From contig JAUVNS010000001.1 of assembly GCA_030599585.1 (NCBI GenBank), positions 320,001 through 384,000 on the forward strand: 64,000 nt of DNA, given 5' to 3'. The DNA comes from Promethearchaeota archaeon. GTDB taxonomy: Archaea; Asgardarchaeota; Lokiarchaeia; Sigyniarchaeales; SOKP01. The notes under the pieces were generated by a model. It was given only the letters and a program-made list of their open reading frames with translations, was not told the DNA's origin and searched no databases. Positions 10,446-20,142 of this stretch are shown one piece after another (the stretch's first letter is position 1; every line of letters begins with the position of its first letter). The position numbers and the translations under genes were made by a program.

Positions 10446-12494
10446 TTATTCTATTTTAGCTCCAGCGGGAATATCTCTATCTGGTGTTAAGATAGACACC
10501 ATCTTCCCATCTACAGCAGCAAGAAGCATCCCTTCGCTTAAAATTCCTCTTAATTTCCTCGGTTCTAAATTCGCTAAAATAGCAATACTTTTACCTTCTA
10601 ACTCTTCGATTTTGTATTGTTCCGCTAAACCTGCAACTAAGGTTCTCTTTTCTTCCCCTAAGGAAATAGATAGTTTATATAATTTGTCAGCTTTAGGGAC
10701 CTTTTCAACCTTATCAATTACAGCAATTCTAATATCGAGTTTCTTAAAATCTTCGTATGACACCATCTCTTTCTCACCTTTTTTTCCACTCTTCTTTCTT
10801 AATTCTTCAAGACCTTTTTTTAAATCATCAATCTCAAGTTTTTTAAATAACGGCTTTGGTTTTTTAATTTTCAAGCCTTCTCTAACAGCATTTTCATCTA
10901 TACTATCCCAAGCTAAGTCCTTAGAATTTGATACATTCAGATAAGAAAGTATCTTTTCAGATGTTCCGGGAATAAATGGACTTAATAACACACCAAATGC
11001 GTAAACAGCTTGAGCACATATATTAAATACGTGTCCAGCGGCATCCTTATTCTGCTTAATCAAATGCCAAGGGGCTTTGTTATTGAGGTAGACATTACCT
11101 TCCTTACCAAAATTAACTATATCTCTTAACGCTTTTCTCAATTTAAAATTCTGTATACTTTCACCTATCTCTTCGCTGATCGAATTTATGCGATCTATAA
11201 ATTGTATATCAACTTCATCGTTTTCTAATTTTTTTGGAATTTTTCCTTCAAATTGTTTGTCGATGAAAGTTAGCGTTCTATGGATAAAGTTGCCAATGTT
11301 ATCGTTTAAAGTTTTAATATTGTTTTCAAATTCTGACCATAAAAATGAAGTGTCGCTCGTTTCTGGGCGATTGTATACTAAAGTAAAGCGCCAATAATCT
11401 AAAGGAGCTAATTTTAAAGCTTCATCGATCCAAATACCATTTCCTCGCGATTTAGAGAATTTATCATTCTCGTACATTAAAAATTCTGTAGAGGAAACAT
11501 TGTATGGTAATACAAACTGTTTATCGTTACTCCTACCTTCGTTATATGCTAATAAGAGTATTGGAAAAATAATAAGGTGAAAAATTATATTATCTTTTCC
11601 AATGAAAAAAACCGTTTTGGTGTCGGGATCGTTCCAAAAATACTCGTACTTTTTAGAATCTTTAACAATTGTCTCAGCCCACTCTTTAACAGCAGAAATA
11701 TACCCCAATACAGCCTCAAACCAAACATATATCGTTTTGTCTTCAGCACCTTTAAATGGTGCAGGGATTCCCCACTCTAAATCTCGAGTTATTGAGCGCT
11801 CTGGAATTCCCTTTGCGATACTATTTAAACACATCTTCTTGGCATTCTGTGGTATAATAGTATTGTTTTTTATCATCTCTCCTAATTTATCTTGTAATTT
11901 TGGTATATCTAAATACCAATGTTTAGTTTTACGGACTACTGGCGTATTGGTACAAATAGCACAACGGGAAGTTTTTAACTCTAATGGAGTTAGCAATTTC
12001 TGACACTTATCGCATTGATCTCCTCTCGCGTTCTCATCGCCACAGTGGGGACATACTCCTTCAACAAATCTATCAGGAAGAAACATTTTATCGTTTTCAC
12101 AATAGAGCGACTCGATTTCTCTTTCAAATACATATCCATTTTTTTGAACTTCCATATAGAATTTCCTTGTAAAATCAATGTGCGTTGGATTGTACGTAAC
12201 AGTATAATTATCGTACGATATTTTCCATTTCTCGTACAAATCTTTTATTAAAGCGTGATTTTTTTTAGCTAATTCTTCAGCTGGTATGTTCAACTTTTTA
12301 GCTGCGACTGCAACGGGAGTACCGTGTGTATCGGATCCTGATACAAAAACGACTTCGTCTCCTTTTAACCTACAATACCTTGCAAATACATCAGATGATA
12401 ACGTACTTCCAATCATATTTCCCAAATGAGGCATGTAAGTCGCGTAAGGCCATGCTGAAGTAATTACCCATTTTTTTTTTTTAGTTTTGGACAT
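10446..12494 (-). CDS. metG: Methionine--tRNA ligase with C-terminal tRNA-binding (EMAPII/Trbp111-like) domain
   Basis: HLGN (HIGH), zinc knuckles CPHC and CDKC, YVWFEA, GKDNI, KFSKS (KMSKS), C-terminal NLEPRKLRGILSEGMLL. Confidence 0.97.
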   Translation of the reverse strand: MSKTKKKKWVITSAWPYATYMPHLGNMIGSTLSSDVFARYCRLKGDEVVFVSGSDTHGTPVAVAAKKLNIPAEELAKKNHALIKDLYEKWKISYDNYTVTYNPTHIDFTRKFYMEVQKNGYVFEREIESLYCENDKMFLPDRFVEGVCPHCGDENARGDQCDKCQKLLTPLELKTSRCAICTNTPVVRKTKHWYLDIPKLQDKLGEMIKNNTIIPQNAKKMCLNSIAKGIPERSITRDLEWGIPAPFKGAEDKTIYVWFEAVLGYISAVKEWAETIVKDSKKYEYFWNDPDTKTVFFIGKDNIIFHLIIFPILLLAYNEGRSNDKQFVLPYNVSSTEFLMYENDKFSKSRGNGIWIDEALKLAPLDYWRFTLVYNRPETSDTSFLWSEFENNIKTLNDNIGNFIHRTLTFIDKQFEGKIPKKLENDEVDIQFIDRINSISEEIGESIQNFKLRKALRDIVNFGKEGNVYLNNKAPWHLIKQNKDAAGHVFNICAQAVYAFGVLLSPFIPGTSEKILSYLNVSNSKDLAWDSIDENAVREGLKIKKPKPLFKKLEIDDLKKGLEELRKKSGKKGEKEMVSYEDFKKLDIRIAVIDKVEKVPKADKLYKLSISLGEEKRTLVAGLAEQYKIEELEGKSIAILANLEPRKLRGILSEGMLLAAVDGKMVSILTPDRDIPAGAKIE

Positions 12495-12623
12495 AACAGA
12501 ACTCTAAATTGTATATTACCAGTTTAATTATAACTAACAATTACATTGTTACTACTTATAATGGTTGTGTAAGTAATTTACTTTCTTATTTCAACTTAAT
12601 ACGAGAAAGGTGAAGAGTAATAC

Positions 12624-13793
12624 TTATAGAATTTGCGCTCCACAAGCTCTACACGCTTTAATTTCAGAATGCATTTTCTTTAAACATGGTTCGTGATAAT
12701 AAGCTGCGCATTTTTGGCATTGATATACCTTGTAATCACCTAAAAAAATACTGTGGCAATAAGTACAAGACGAATTGATATCTTCAACATCATATTCTGG
12801 AATTAAAGCCATTTGTGTAGTATTTATACCACTTTCATCAATTAATTTGATTTTTGGTTCTTGTTCAGTTTTCTCTTCTATTAACTTTGCTGCTGCTGGC
12901 GGCAGTTCCAACAAAAAGAAGCAAAACGGACATCTGAACACGTGCTCTTTATATTCAGTTTTCTTTGCCCACATAGCTGCACACGAAAGGTGCATTGGGC
13001 GTTCACAAGAAGGACAGTATCGACCTTCGCTAAAAAAATCAGAACCCGTTATTGGTGCTTTTACAGAGTGGCAGATTTGACATTTTTCTTGACCTCTCTC
13101 TCTACTACCCATCATTAGCCTTATATCCAAAACGCTAGGTCTTCTCAATTGTAGCGCTATATCACTTATTAAAGGCGCCAAGTCGCTTTTTTTATCTTGC
13201 GAATAATAATCTGTTGAGAGTTTAAGTTCTTTTTTTGATGCAAATGACATTCCAGCATTCAATAACGCTTTTGAATTGTTAAAGAATCCAAATTGCCCTC
13301 CCGTAAGTCTTACAATTTTCTTTAGGATGCTTTGAGAGTAATCTTGGGTTTTCCCTAATTGGCAAGCGTCGATATATATTCCTAGACCTTTAGCAATATC
13401 AATTGTTTTTTGAATTTTTTCTTTGTATTCTACTTTATTGTCTGATATAATAAAAATTCTACTGGTTTTACCTCCTAATTTGCGCATTTCACCAACTAGA
13501 AATTGGATTGCGAAAGCTAATCCTTCGTCTAACAAACCATTACCAGAAACTTTGATTTTTCCTAACGATTTAACCAATTGTTCTTCATCGTAACTAAATG
13601 AACTAAGTTTCTTGATCGTAGCACCAAAAGAAAGAATTGCTATTCTATCTTTAGGATCGATTATAAATTTCTCGTGAATAAAGTTTTTTGCTGTTTCCAG
13701 TGAAACTAATATACGATTAGGTTTAAAATCCTTCCTAACCATAGATCTCGAAGAATCTATAAGAATTACACAATCTTCTATTAAATCTTGCAT
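12624..13793 (-). CDS. vWA domain plus two C4HC3 RING-like zinc fingers; Ssl1/p44 (TFIIH)-like
   Basis: IDSSRSM (MIDAS)..KDFKPNR; fingers CQIC..CPSC.RPMHLSC..CPFC and CTYC..CQKC..YHEPC..CRAC. Confidence 0.75.
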   Translation of the reverse strand: MQDLIEDCVILIDSSRSMVRKDFKPNRILVSLETAKNFIHEKFIIDPKDRIAILSFGATIKKLSSFSYDEEQLVKSLGKIKVSGNGLLDEGLAFAIQFLVGEMRKLGGKTSRIFIISDNKVEYKEKIQKTIDIAKGLGIYIDACQLGKTQDYSQSILKKIVRLTGGQFGFFNNSKALLNAGMSFASKKELKLSTDYYSQDKKSDLAPLISDIALQLRRPSVLDIRLMMGSRERGQEKCQICHSVKAPITGSDFFSEGRYCPSCERPMHLSCAAMWAKKTEYKEHVFRCPFCFFLLELPPAAAKLIEEKTEQEPKIKLIDESGINTTQMALIPEYDVEDINSSCTYCHSIFLGDYKVYQCQKCAAYYHEPCLKKMHSEIKACRACGAQIL

Positions 13794-13810
13794 TTTTAAT
13801 TCAAATTAAA

Positions 13811-15169
13811 TCATTTTTTACTTAGAAATTTGTAGGCGAAAATCGCATAAACCTTTATTGCTCTAATAAAATCTAGAATTTCAATATTTTCATCGATTGC
13901 GTGAGCGGTTCTTGCTTTACCAGGTCCGAATAAGATAGTTTGCGGACAGTATCCGTCGTTACGCAAATAATGCGCATCAGCAGAAGCAGGTAAAAGAAGA
14001 TAGAATGGTTTCTTCTCGTAGATAGTTTCAACAAGCTCAAAAAAATCATTCAATTCGTTTGATTCTTCCCAATTTTCCCAATAAGAGCCTTCAGAAGCCG
14101 TTACTATTTCAACCTCAACAAAAATTTCCCCAGGAGGATTATTTGTATCATCCTTGACTAAATATCCTACTACATCCCTAATTAGTTTTTTTAAAGCCTC
14201 TATGATGGGATCAACTTGTTGTCCCGGTAAGAGTCTTACATCTAATAAAGCCTCGCAAGTATCGGGAATTACATTCACTTTAATTCCACCCTTTATCATG
14301 GTAAGCGCTTTTGAATAACTAACAAGCGATTGGAATAAGCTTTCTATTTCAGGTTGTTCGTTTAAGATTCTGTTGAAAATATCTTCACTCGGGAAAGTAG
14401 ATGCTAATAAATTCTTGAGTTTTTTCAATTTAATCGGTGGATCGCTTTTAAGGATATATTCATCGATTTTATCTAGGCTCTCAATTATTTCGGTCATCAT
14501 ATAAATTGCGTTTTTACTCATTGCTGGCATTGAAGAATGACCTGAAATCCCATGTGTCGTTATTTTTATGATGAGATGCCCCTTTTCCCCTACAAGAATT
14601 GCTTTTGGAAGCGGATTTAGACCTGTTGATTCACCTATCACAGCAAAATCACACTTTATAGACTTTAAGGGATTATCAACGCACCAACCTGTTCCAAACT
14701 TTCCTCCAGTTTCTTCATCTGCAACAGCATTTAAAATTAAATTTCCAGGAAGATCGAATTTTAACTCTTTTAAAACTTTTAGAGCAATAACCATAGCTGC
14801 TAATCCGCTCTTCATATCAGAACTTCCTCTACCATATATAATTTTCTTACGTTTAACTAACGCTGAAAAGGGAGGATATTTCCAATCTGTTTCGGATCCT
14901 GGAGGAACAACATCCATGTGTCCGTTATATAACAGATTTTTTCCTTTAAAATTTTTGTTCAAATATGCTATTAAATTTGCTCGATTATTTCCAAAGGGAA
15001 AAATTTCAGTCTTAATCCCTATATCTTTCAAAAATTCTTCGATTATTAAAGCTACATTCTTTTCATTCCCAGGTGGGTTAACAGAATCGCTTTGAATAAG
15101 CGTTCTTAAAAATTCAACGTAAATTTCTTTGTTTTGCTCAATTTTGGTGATAATAGATTCTACACTCAT
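13811..15169 (-). CDS. M20-family metallopeptidase/deacylase (ArgE/DapE-like)
   Basis: NGHMDVVP, YGRGSSDMKSG, DEETGG, GHSSMP and AHAIDE motifs. Confidence 0.9.
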   Translation of the reverse strand: MSVESIITKIEQNKEIYVEFLRTLIQSDSVNPPGNEKNVALIIEEFLKDIGIKTEIFPFGNNRANLIAYLNKNFKGKNLLYNGHMDVVPPGSETDWKYPPFSALVKRKKIIYGRGSSDMKSGLAAMVIALKVLKELKFDLPGNLILNAVADEETGGKFGTGWCVDNPLKSIKCDFAVIGESTGLNPLPKAILVGEKGHLIIKITTHGISGHSSMPAMSKNAIYMMTEIIESLDKIDEYILKSDPPIKLKKLKNLLASTFPSEDIFNRILNEQPEIESLFQSLVSYSKALTMIKGGIKVNVIPDTCEALLDVRLLPGQQVDPIIEALKKLIRDVVGYLVKDDTNNPPGEIFVEVEIVTASEGSYWENWEESNELNDFFELVETIYEKKPFYLLLPASADAHYLRNDGYCPQTILFGPGKARTAHAIDENIEILDFIRAIKVYAIFAYKFLSKK

Positions 15170-15322
15170 TCAATCTTTCTACCTTATATGTAATTTAATT
15201 CTCTGATCGTACTAATTATCTTAATATTTCAACATAAAGTAATCTATCGAATAAATTTAATATAAATTAGCAAATTTTAATATTCTTAGATTATTTAATC
15301 ACTAAATTATTGACAATTACGG

Positions 15323-18300
15323 TTGGTTAATTTGATTTTACGACGAACAAAGAAGGTTAAAAGAATTTTATTTGCGAGCATATTCATCTTTTCAATGATA
15401 TTAGTAAATACGCTGATGTTGAGTGACTTTAATGTAGATTTGAACAATAACCAACAATATGAGTGGTCAATTGACGAAAATGATGTTTTAACCTCCGATA
15501 TCGACCCATATCTGACAGATTATATCATATCAGGTACAGGAGATAATCAAGAAGTAAGAATTTACGCTTTAAATAATTCCTTTTCAAACGATAACAATCA
15601 AAATTCCTTTGATATTCCATCTCTGTCAACTACCGAATCAACTTATTTGACATATGGAAATTTTAATTTCACATTTCAGAACAATTTCACGACAGATTAT
15701 GTTATTGAAGATACAAACGCCTTTGAAGCGGATGACTTTATTGAATTCGTATATAACGAGGCTACCTCTTCTATGAAGATTAATACTGGTGAAAACCTTA
15801 CTTTAATTAATTTTGGTAATCTGGTGGACGGAGACCCATCTAATATAGAGTTGAATTCGTCTAAAGGTGTATTAAATTTCACAATAGCATCAAACTTCGC
15901 AGGTACGACTGATAATGTTGCTGGAGATGTTGTCAATTTCGATAGATCGACCATACTAGGGTTGATTTCGCAATTTTCAGGTAGTATTGATAAAGATGTA
16001 AATTTAACACTAAAAATGTATGATGTATCAAGCTCATCTTGGAAAAGCGTAGCTGATCCCTTCTTTATAAATTGGAGCTTAGGCACTCAATTATTTGAGA
16101 ACACATTTATCAATGAAAATCTCAATTATATTAATGCGTCAGATATAAACCAAATCCAATTTTACTTTGATCGGTCTGATACAACAGAGTTTATTTTTAC
16201 TTTAGAAGAATTCGAATTAGTTTCTACTTATAGTTTTGATATACCAATAACCAGTAGTAATCAAGTTGCTTTGGAGTTTGATTTAAAAGGGGAAAGTTCA
16301 AGCGTAAACGGATTCTATGCCTGGATAAGAACTCTGAACCTCACCCAAGCTTTAAATGCAGAATTAAACATAACTCTTTATGAAGCAAATGCAACTATTG
16401 CTAGAACACAATCAAATTTAAAAGCAGTAAATTTAGAACCTAACATTGCCAAACTAATTGATTCGAAGATTATTGATTATCACGGTGATTCTTTATCATA
16501 CTTCGATTTCAATCTTGCAAACACACAAAACTTAGAGCTCAACAACTATTTTATAGTTATTAAATCAAACCAGTCAGAACAAGTTTTTAGCTTGGTTACA
16601 ATACCCCAGCAAACCTATGGAGATACTGATTCGTGGGTAGATCATCAATTAAGAACAAGTAATAACAACGGAACAACATGGAATGTGGCTACGAACATAG
16701 TACCCTCCATACCAACACCCTACACTTCTGAAACACTGGACGCAGCGGCTTTTAAATTGAATGTCACGAGAGCATATATGCCTTCAGATTTTACGAATCC
16801 TTCCGACAGCCAAGATACATTGAAGATTCAAGACATTCCTATTCTTAACCAAATCAATAATAGTGCTCCTTACGATACAAGTTCGTCCTTAACATGGGGT
16901 TTAGGGCAATGGGATTATAATTTTACTACTCCAATTACAAACAATTCTTTAAATAATTTCCAGATAGACTTAACATGGAATAATAGCGTAATTCAAGATT
17001 TTAAATTTAATGCTACCTATTCGGTAAAGGCATTTTGGATAGAACAAGCTAATAACGCATATCAAGTGTCATATGATACAACTCCGATATGGGAGTTAAA
17101 CTATACTTTGAACACAGGTTATAAAAACTTCGATAACTGGAATTTACTTGAATTTTGGTATTTATTCCCGAGCGATTATACTGCAAAAAACTTAACAAAT
17201 CCAAATTCCACCGAGATTTACGAGGACGTTGTAAACAAGACGGGTGGAGAAAGAATACTAACCGATCGACCTTCATACGAATTCGTTTCAGTTTCAACCG
17301 ATATAATTAATGGTATAAGCGGAACTTACTCACTCAACCTTACTAGTAGCAACCTCATACATGAAATGAATAGTTACATTAACTACAATGACATTCTTTG
17401 GAAGACTAACGGTTTTATGTACGGAGATAACATATCAGTAAGACTTGATATAAGCGATCCTTATCTTAATCCTCCTATTAGTGGTAACGCTAATGTAGTT
17501 CTTTTTTATCCAAATAATTCAACAAAGGTACCCGGGGCTGAGCTGAATTCAGGATCAGGAATAATTAACGGGAATTCTCTAATTTATGATTTTAATAATC
17601 AATCAATTTACGATGTGACAAACGCTATACCTGTTCATGGTAATTATTACTTAGGATTCTTCTGGGAAAATGGCTCTGCAATAGGATGTCAAAAACTTAA
17701 GCTTTATATTGATAAGTACGATGTTGAGATGAATAATTTAATCTTCGAACCAACATTAAACCAGAATATTCTTGATGGAATTATCGATAAAGTGTATGAA
17801 GAATATTCAATATTAATTAGTACTGTAAATGTCACGGATGACAAATACTACCCATCGTTTTATGCTGTAAATAAAACAGACATCAATCAAGAATTTATCC
17901 ATACTATTGGCGATGAAGACATCCCAATTTTAATTGAAACTTTTCTTCAAAACGAGACAATTTTAAATCCTAATGAAAACATACGAATTACCACAAGAAT
18001 TCAAAACAAACACGATTTTGTTGATATTAAGCTAAGACTAAACGTACAACTCGTGTCTTTAGCTAATCAAGAATGGATAATCGCTGAACAGACGACAGAC
18101 CTCAAAACTTTAAAGCCAAGCATCGATCCTAATGGCGATGATACTCAAGATTTTTCTGTTGATATCACTATGCCAACTCTTCTTGGAGATGGAATTTGGC
18201 ATGGAGTAAATGCTCCAATAAGAAAAGGTGGAGCAAAAACACTAGTCACAGTTTTTATCGAATACGGTGGCGAAAGTTACGAGATCGATACTTATGAAAG

Positions 18301-19522
18301 CAGTGAATACTCGTTGATTATCAACAGTACAGATGATGTGTTTGAAGGTTACATCATTGCTTTAAAATCCGACAATGATATTACAGGAGCTTCAATTTTG
18401 AAGCCTTTTGAAAGAGATGAATGCCAATATCTCCCCAATCAAACTACAATTATAATAAATATCTACGATCGAAATTATGTAAGTAGCTACAATCAATTTA
18501 TTGATTCCTTTTCTCTGAAAATTAATAGCGATTTTACAGAAATTCAAACACACCCTCAAACGCCGATTTACGGTCAATTATTTAATTTAAGTTCTGTACT
18601 CAAAACGGAGTTAGGAGTTGTAATTTCAAATAAGAATGTTACTTGTCAATTTTATGATAGCGGAATATGGGAAAACTTATCAACTCAAATTTCGGATATA
18701 GACGGCATTACAAATTTTGAAATTGATACATTAAGCCTACCAAGCGACGATCAATTTAAATTTCGCTTAACATGGCAAGGAGATCAATATACTTTAGAAA
18801 ATTCTCGTAACATTACTGTTTTAATGTATCGAGCGTTAAACGCTCTATCCTTAGAGCTTCGATCGAATGTAGATCAGATTTTTAGAAACGCTCAACCTAC
18901 CATCCAAATAACATTAAGTAATATAGGAGACTCGGAACTCAGAATACTCGTTCCTAATATTTCTATTGGGATAAATCCCTTATTAAACTATAGTTTAGTT
19001 GAGATTGATTATTTAGCGTTAGGACAATTTAAACCCGGAGATATTACAGTCATTTTGGTGAAAATTGATGTTCCAGCAATCGATCAAATGAATATATCTG
19101 TCTCAATTAGCGTAAAAAATGAAATTACTGATGAGGAACTTACTTTTCAAGTTTCGAAACTGTTTGAGATATATGATGTGCAACTTGTTGATTATTTCTT
19201 AAACCTATTTACCCTTATCATGATATCACTTTTTATTTTAGTCTGGGTAATCATGTACTTTTATGTGAAAAAGACTATAAAGAGAATCGAAACTCCTTAT
19301 GAGGAACCTGAAAAACGAAAACAGCGAAAAGGAAGATATGTATCAGTAAGTGAAATACCGAAAGAAAAAATTCCAGAAACAAAACCAATAGATTATACAG
19401 AAAAAAAATCTAAGAAACGAAAGAAGAAGAAAAAACAGAAAAAACCAGAAGCCGAGAAAAAGGATAAATCTCCTAGTACAGATTTAGATTCGTTATTAGA
19501 AGAAAAAGGTCTAAAAGATTAA
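15323..19522 (+). CDS. Large membrane-anchored cell-surface glycoprotein
   Basis: 1399 aa; signal peptide, beta-rich ectodomain with many N-x-S/T sequons, C-terminal TM and Lys-rich tail. Confidence 0.8.
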   Translation: MVNLILRRTKKVKRILFASIFIFSMILVNTLMLSDFNVDLNNNQQYEWSIDENDVLTSDIDPYLTDYIISGTGDNQEVRIYALNNSFSNDNNQNSFDIPSLSTTESTYLTYGNFNFTFQNNFTTDYVIEDTNAFEADDFIEFVYNEATSSMKINTGENLTLINFGNLVDGDPSNIELNSSKGVLNFTIASNFAGTTDNVAGDVVNFDRSTILGLISQFSGSIDKDVNLTLKMYDVSSSSWKSVADPFFINWSLGTQLFENTFINENLNYINASDINQIQFYFDRSDTTEFIFTLEEFELVSTYSFDIPITSSNQVALEFDLKGESSSVNGFYAWIRTLNLTQALNAELNITLYEANATIARTQSNLKAVNLEPNIAKLIDSKIIDYHGDSLSYFDFNLANTQNLELNNYFIVIKSNQSEQVFSLVTIPQQTYGDTDSWVDHQLRTSNNNGTTWNVATNIVPSIPTPYTSETLDAAAFKLNVTRAYMPSDFTNPSDSQDTLKIQDIPILNQINNSAPYDTSSSLTWGLGQWDYNFTTPITNNSLNNFQIDLTWNNSVIQDFKFNATYSVKAFWIEQANNAYQVSYDTTPIWELNYTLNTGYKNFDNWNLLEFWYLFPSDYTAKNLTNPNSTEIYEDVVNKTGGERILTDRPSYEFVSVSTDIINGISGTYSLNLTSSNLIHEMNSYINYNDILWKTNGFMYGDNISVRLDISDPYLNPPISGNANVVLFYPNNSTKVPGAELNSGSGIINGNSLIYDFNNQSIYDVTNAIPVHGNYYLGFFWENGSAIGCQKLKLYIDKYDVEMNNLIFEPTLNQNILDGIIDKVYEEYSILISTVNVTDDKYYPSFYAVNKTDINQEFIHTIGDEDIPILIETFLQNETILNPNENIRITTRIQNKHDFVDIKLRLNVQLVSLANQEWIIAEQTTDLKTLKPSIDPNGDDTQDFSVDITMPTLLGDGIWHGVNAPIRKGGAKTLVTVFIEYGGESYEIDTYESSEYSLIINSTDDVFEGYIIALKSDNDITGASILKPFERDECQYLPNQTTIIINIYDRNYVSSYNQFIDSFSLKINSDFTEIQTHPQTPIYGQLFNLSSVLKTELGVVISNKNVTCQFYDSGIWENLSTQISDIDGITNFEIDTLSLPSDDQFKFRLTWQGDQYTLENSRNITVLMYRALNALSLELRSNVDQIFRNAQPTIQITLSNIGDSELRILVPNISIGINPLLNYSLVEIDYLALGQFKPGDITVILVKIDVPAIDQMNISVSISVKNEITDEELTFQVSKLFEIYDVQLVDYFLNLFTLIMISLFILVWVIMYFYVKKTIKRIETPYEEPEKRKQRKGRYVSVSEIPKEKIPETKPIDYTEKKSKKRKKKKKQKKPEAEKKDKSPSTDLDSLLEEKGLKD

Positions 19523-19578
19523 GTATTGAAAATGTTATCTTCCCATATTTTCTTTTTTTAAAAAAAGAGGAAATAAAT

Positions 19579-19932
19579 TTAAGCGTTTGAAATTGAAATT
19601 AGGTTTCTTTTAAGAAGAGATAAAGACGCTTTCCCATCTAAACCTGCTAAAGCGATTAAAATCCCATTATCAGAGCTAACAATTACTGCGTATCCGTCTT
19701 CTAATTCTATAGTTGCTGTTTTAATGCCTCCCTTACCTGTGGTTTCCCCCAAAGCATTGACATTTTTTATAAGTGTAGCACATGCTTTTGCGATTCCATT
19801 GTGATCCATATCCGTAATAGTTTGTCCTACGATTACTTTTCCCTCCAGATCAGAAGCTATTAAACCCTCTGTTTCAGGCACGACATCAAACAATTCTGCT
19901 AATTTTTTTTCAATAACTTCCTTATCTACCAT
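19579..19932 (-). CDS. Roadblock/LC7 domain protein
   Basis: 117 aa; VPETEGLIASDLEGKVI..ATIELEDGYAVIV..LIALA pattern of the Roadblock/MglB fold. Confidence 0.8.
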   Translation of the reverse strand: MVDKEVIEKKLAELFDVVPETEGLIASDLEGKVIVGQTITDMDHNGIAKACATLIKNVNALGETTGKGGIKTATIELEDGYAVIVSSDNGILIALAGLDGKASLSLLKRNLISISNA

Positions 19933-20142
19933 AGTTTCACGACTCTTTATTTTGTTAGTAATAAGTTTGATTTCTGAATTAGCTTTTCTAATTCTTGTAG
20001 TTTGATACTTAAATATATATATAGATTAAACTAATTTAAATTTATTTTCCTTTGAGTATCTCAAGCTTTTTTTTCTGACATATCGCTTATTTATTTGCAA
20101 ATAATTAAATGAATTAAAAGAAGATGATGGTTTTTTAAATGT

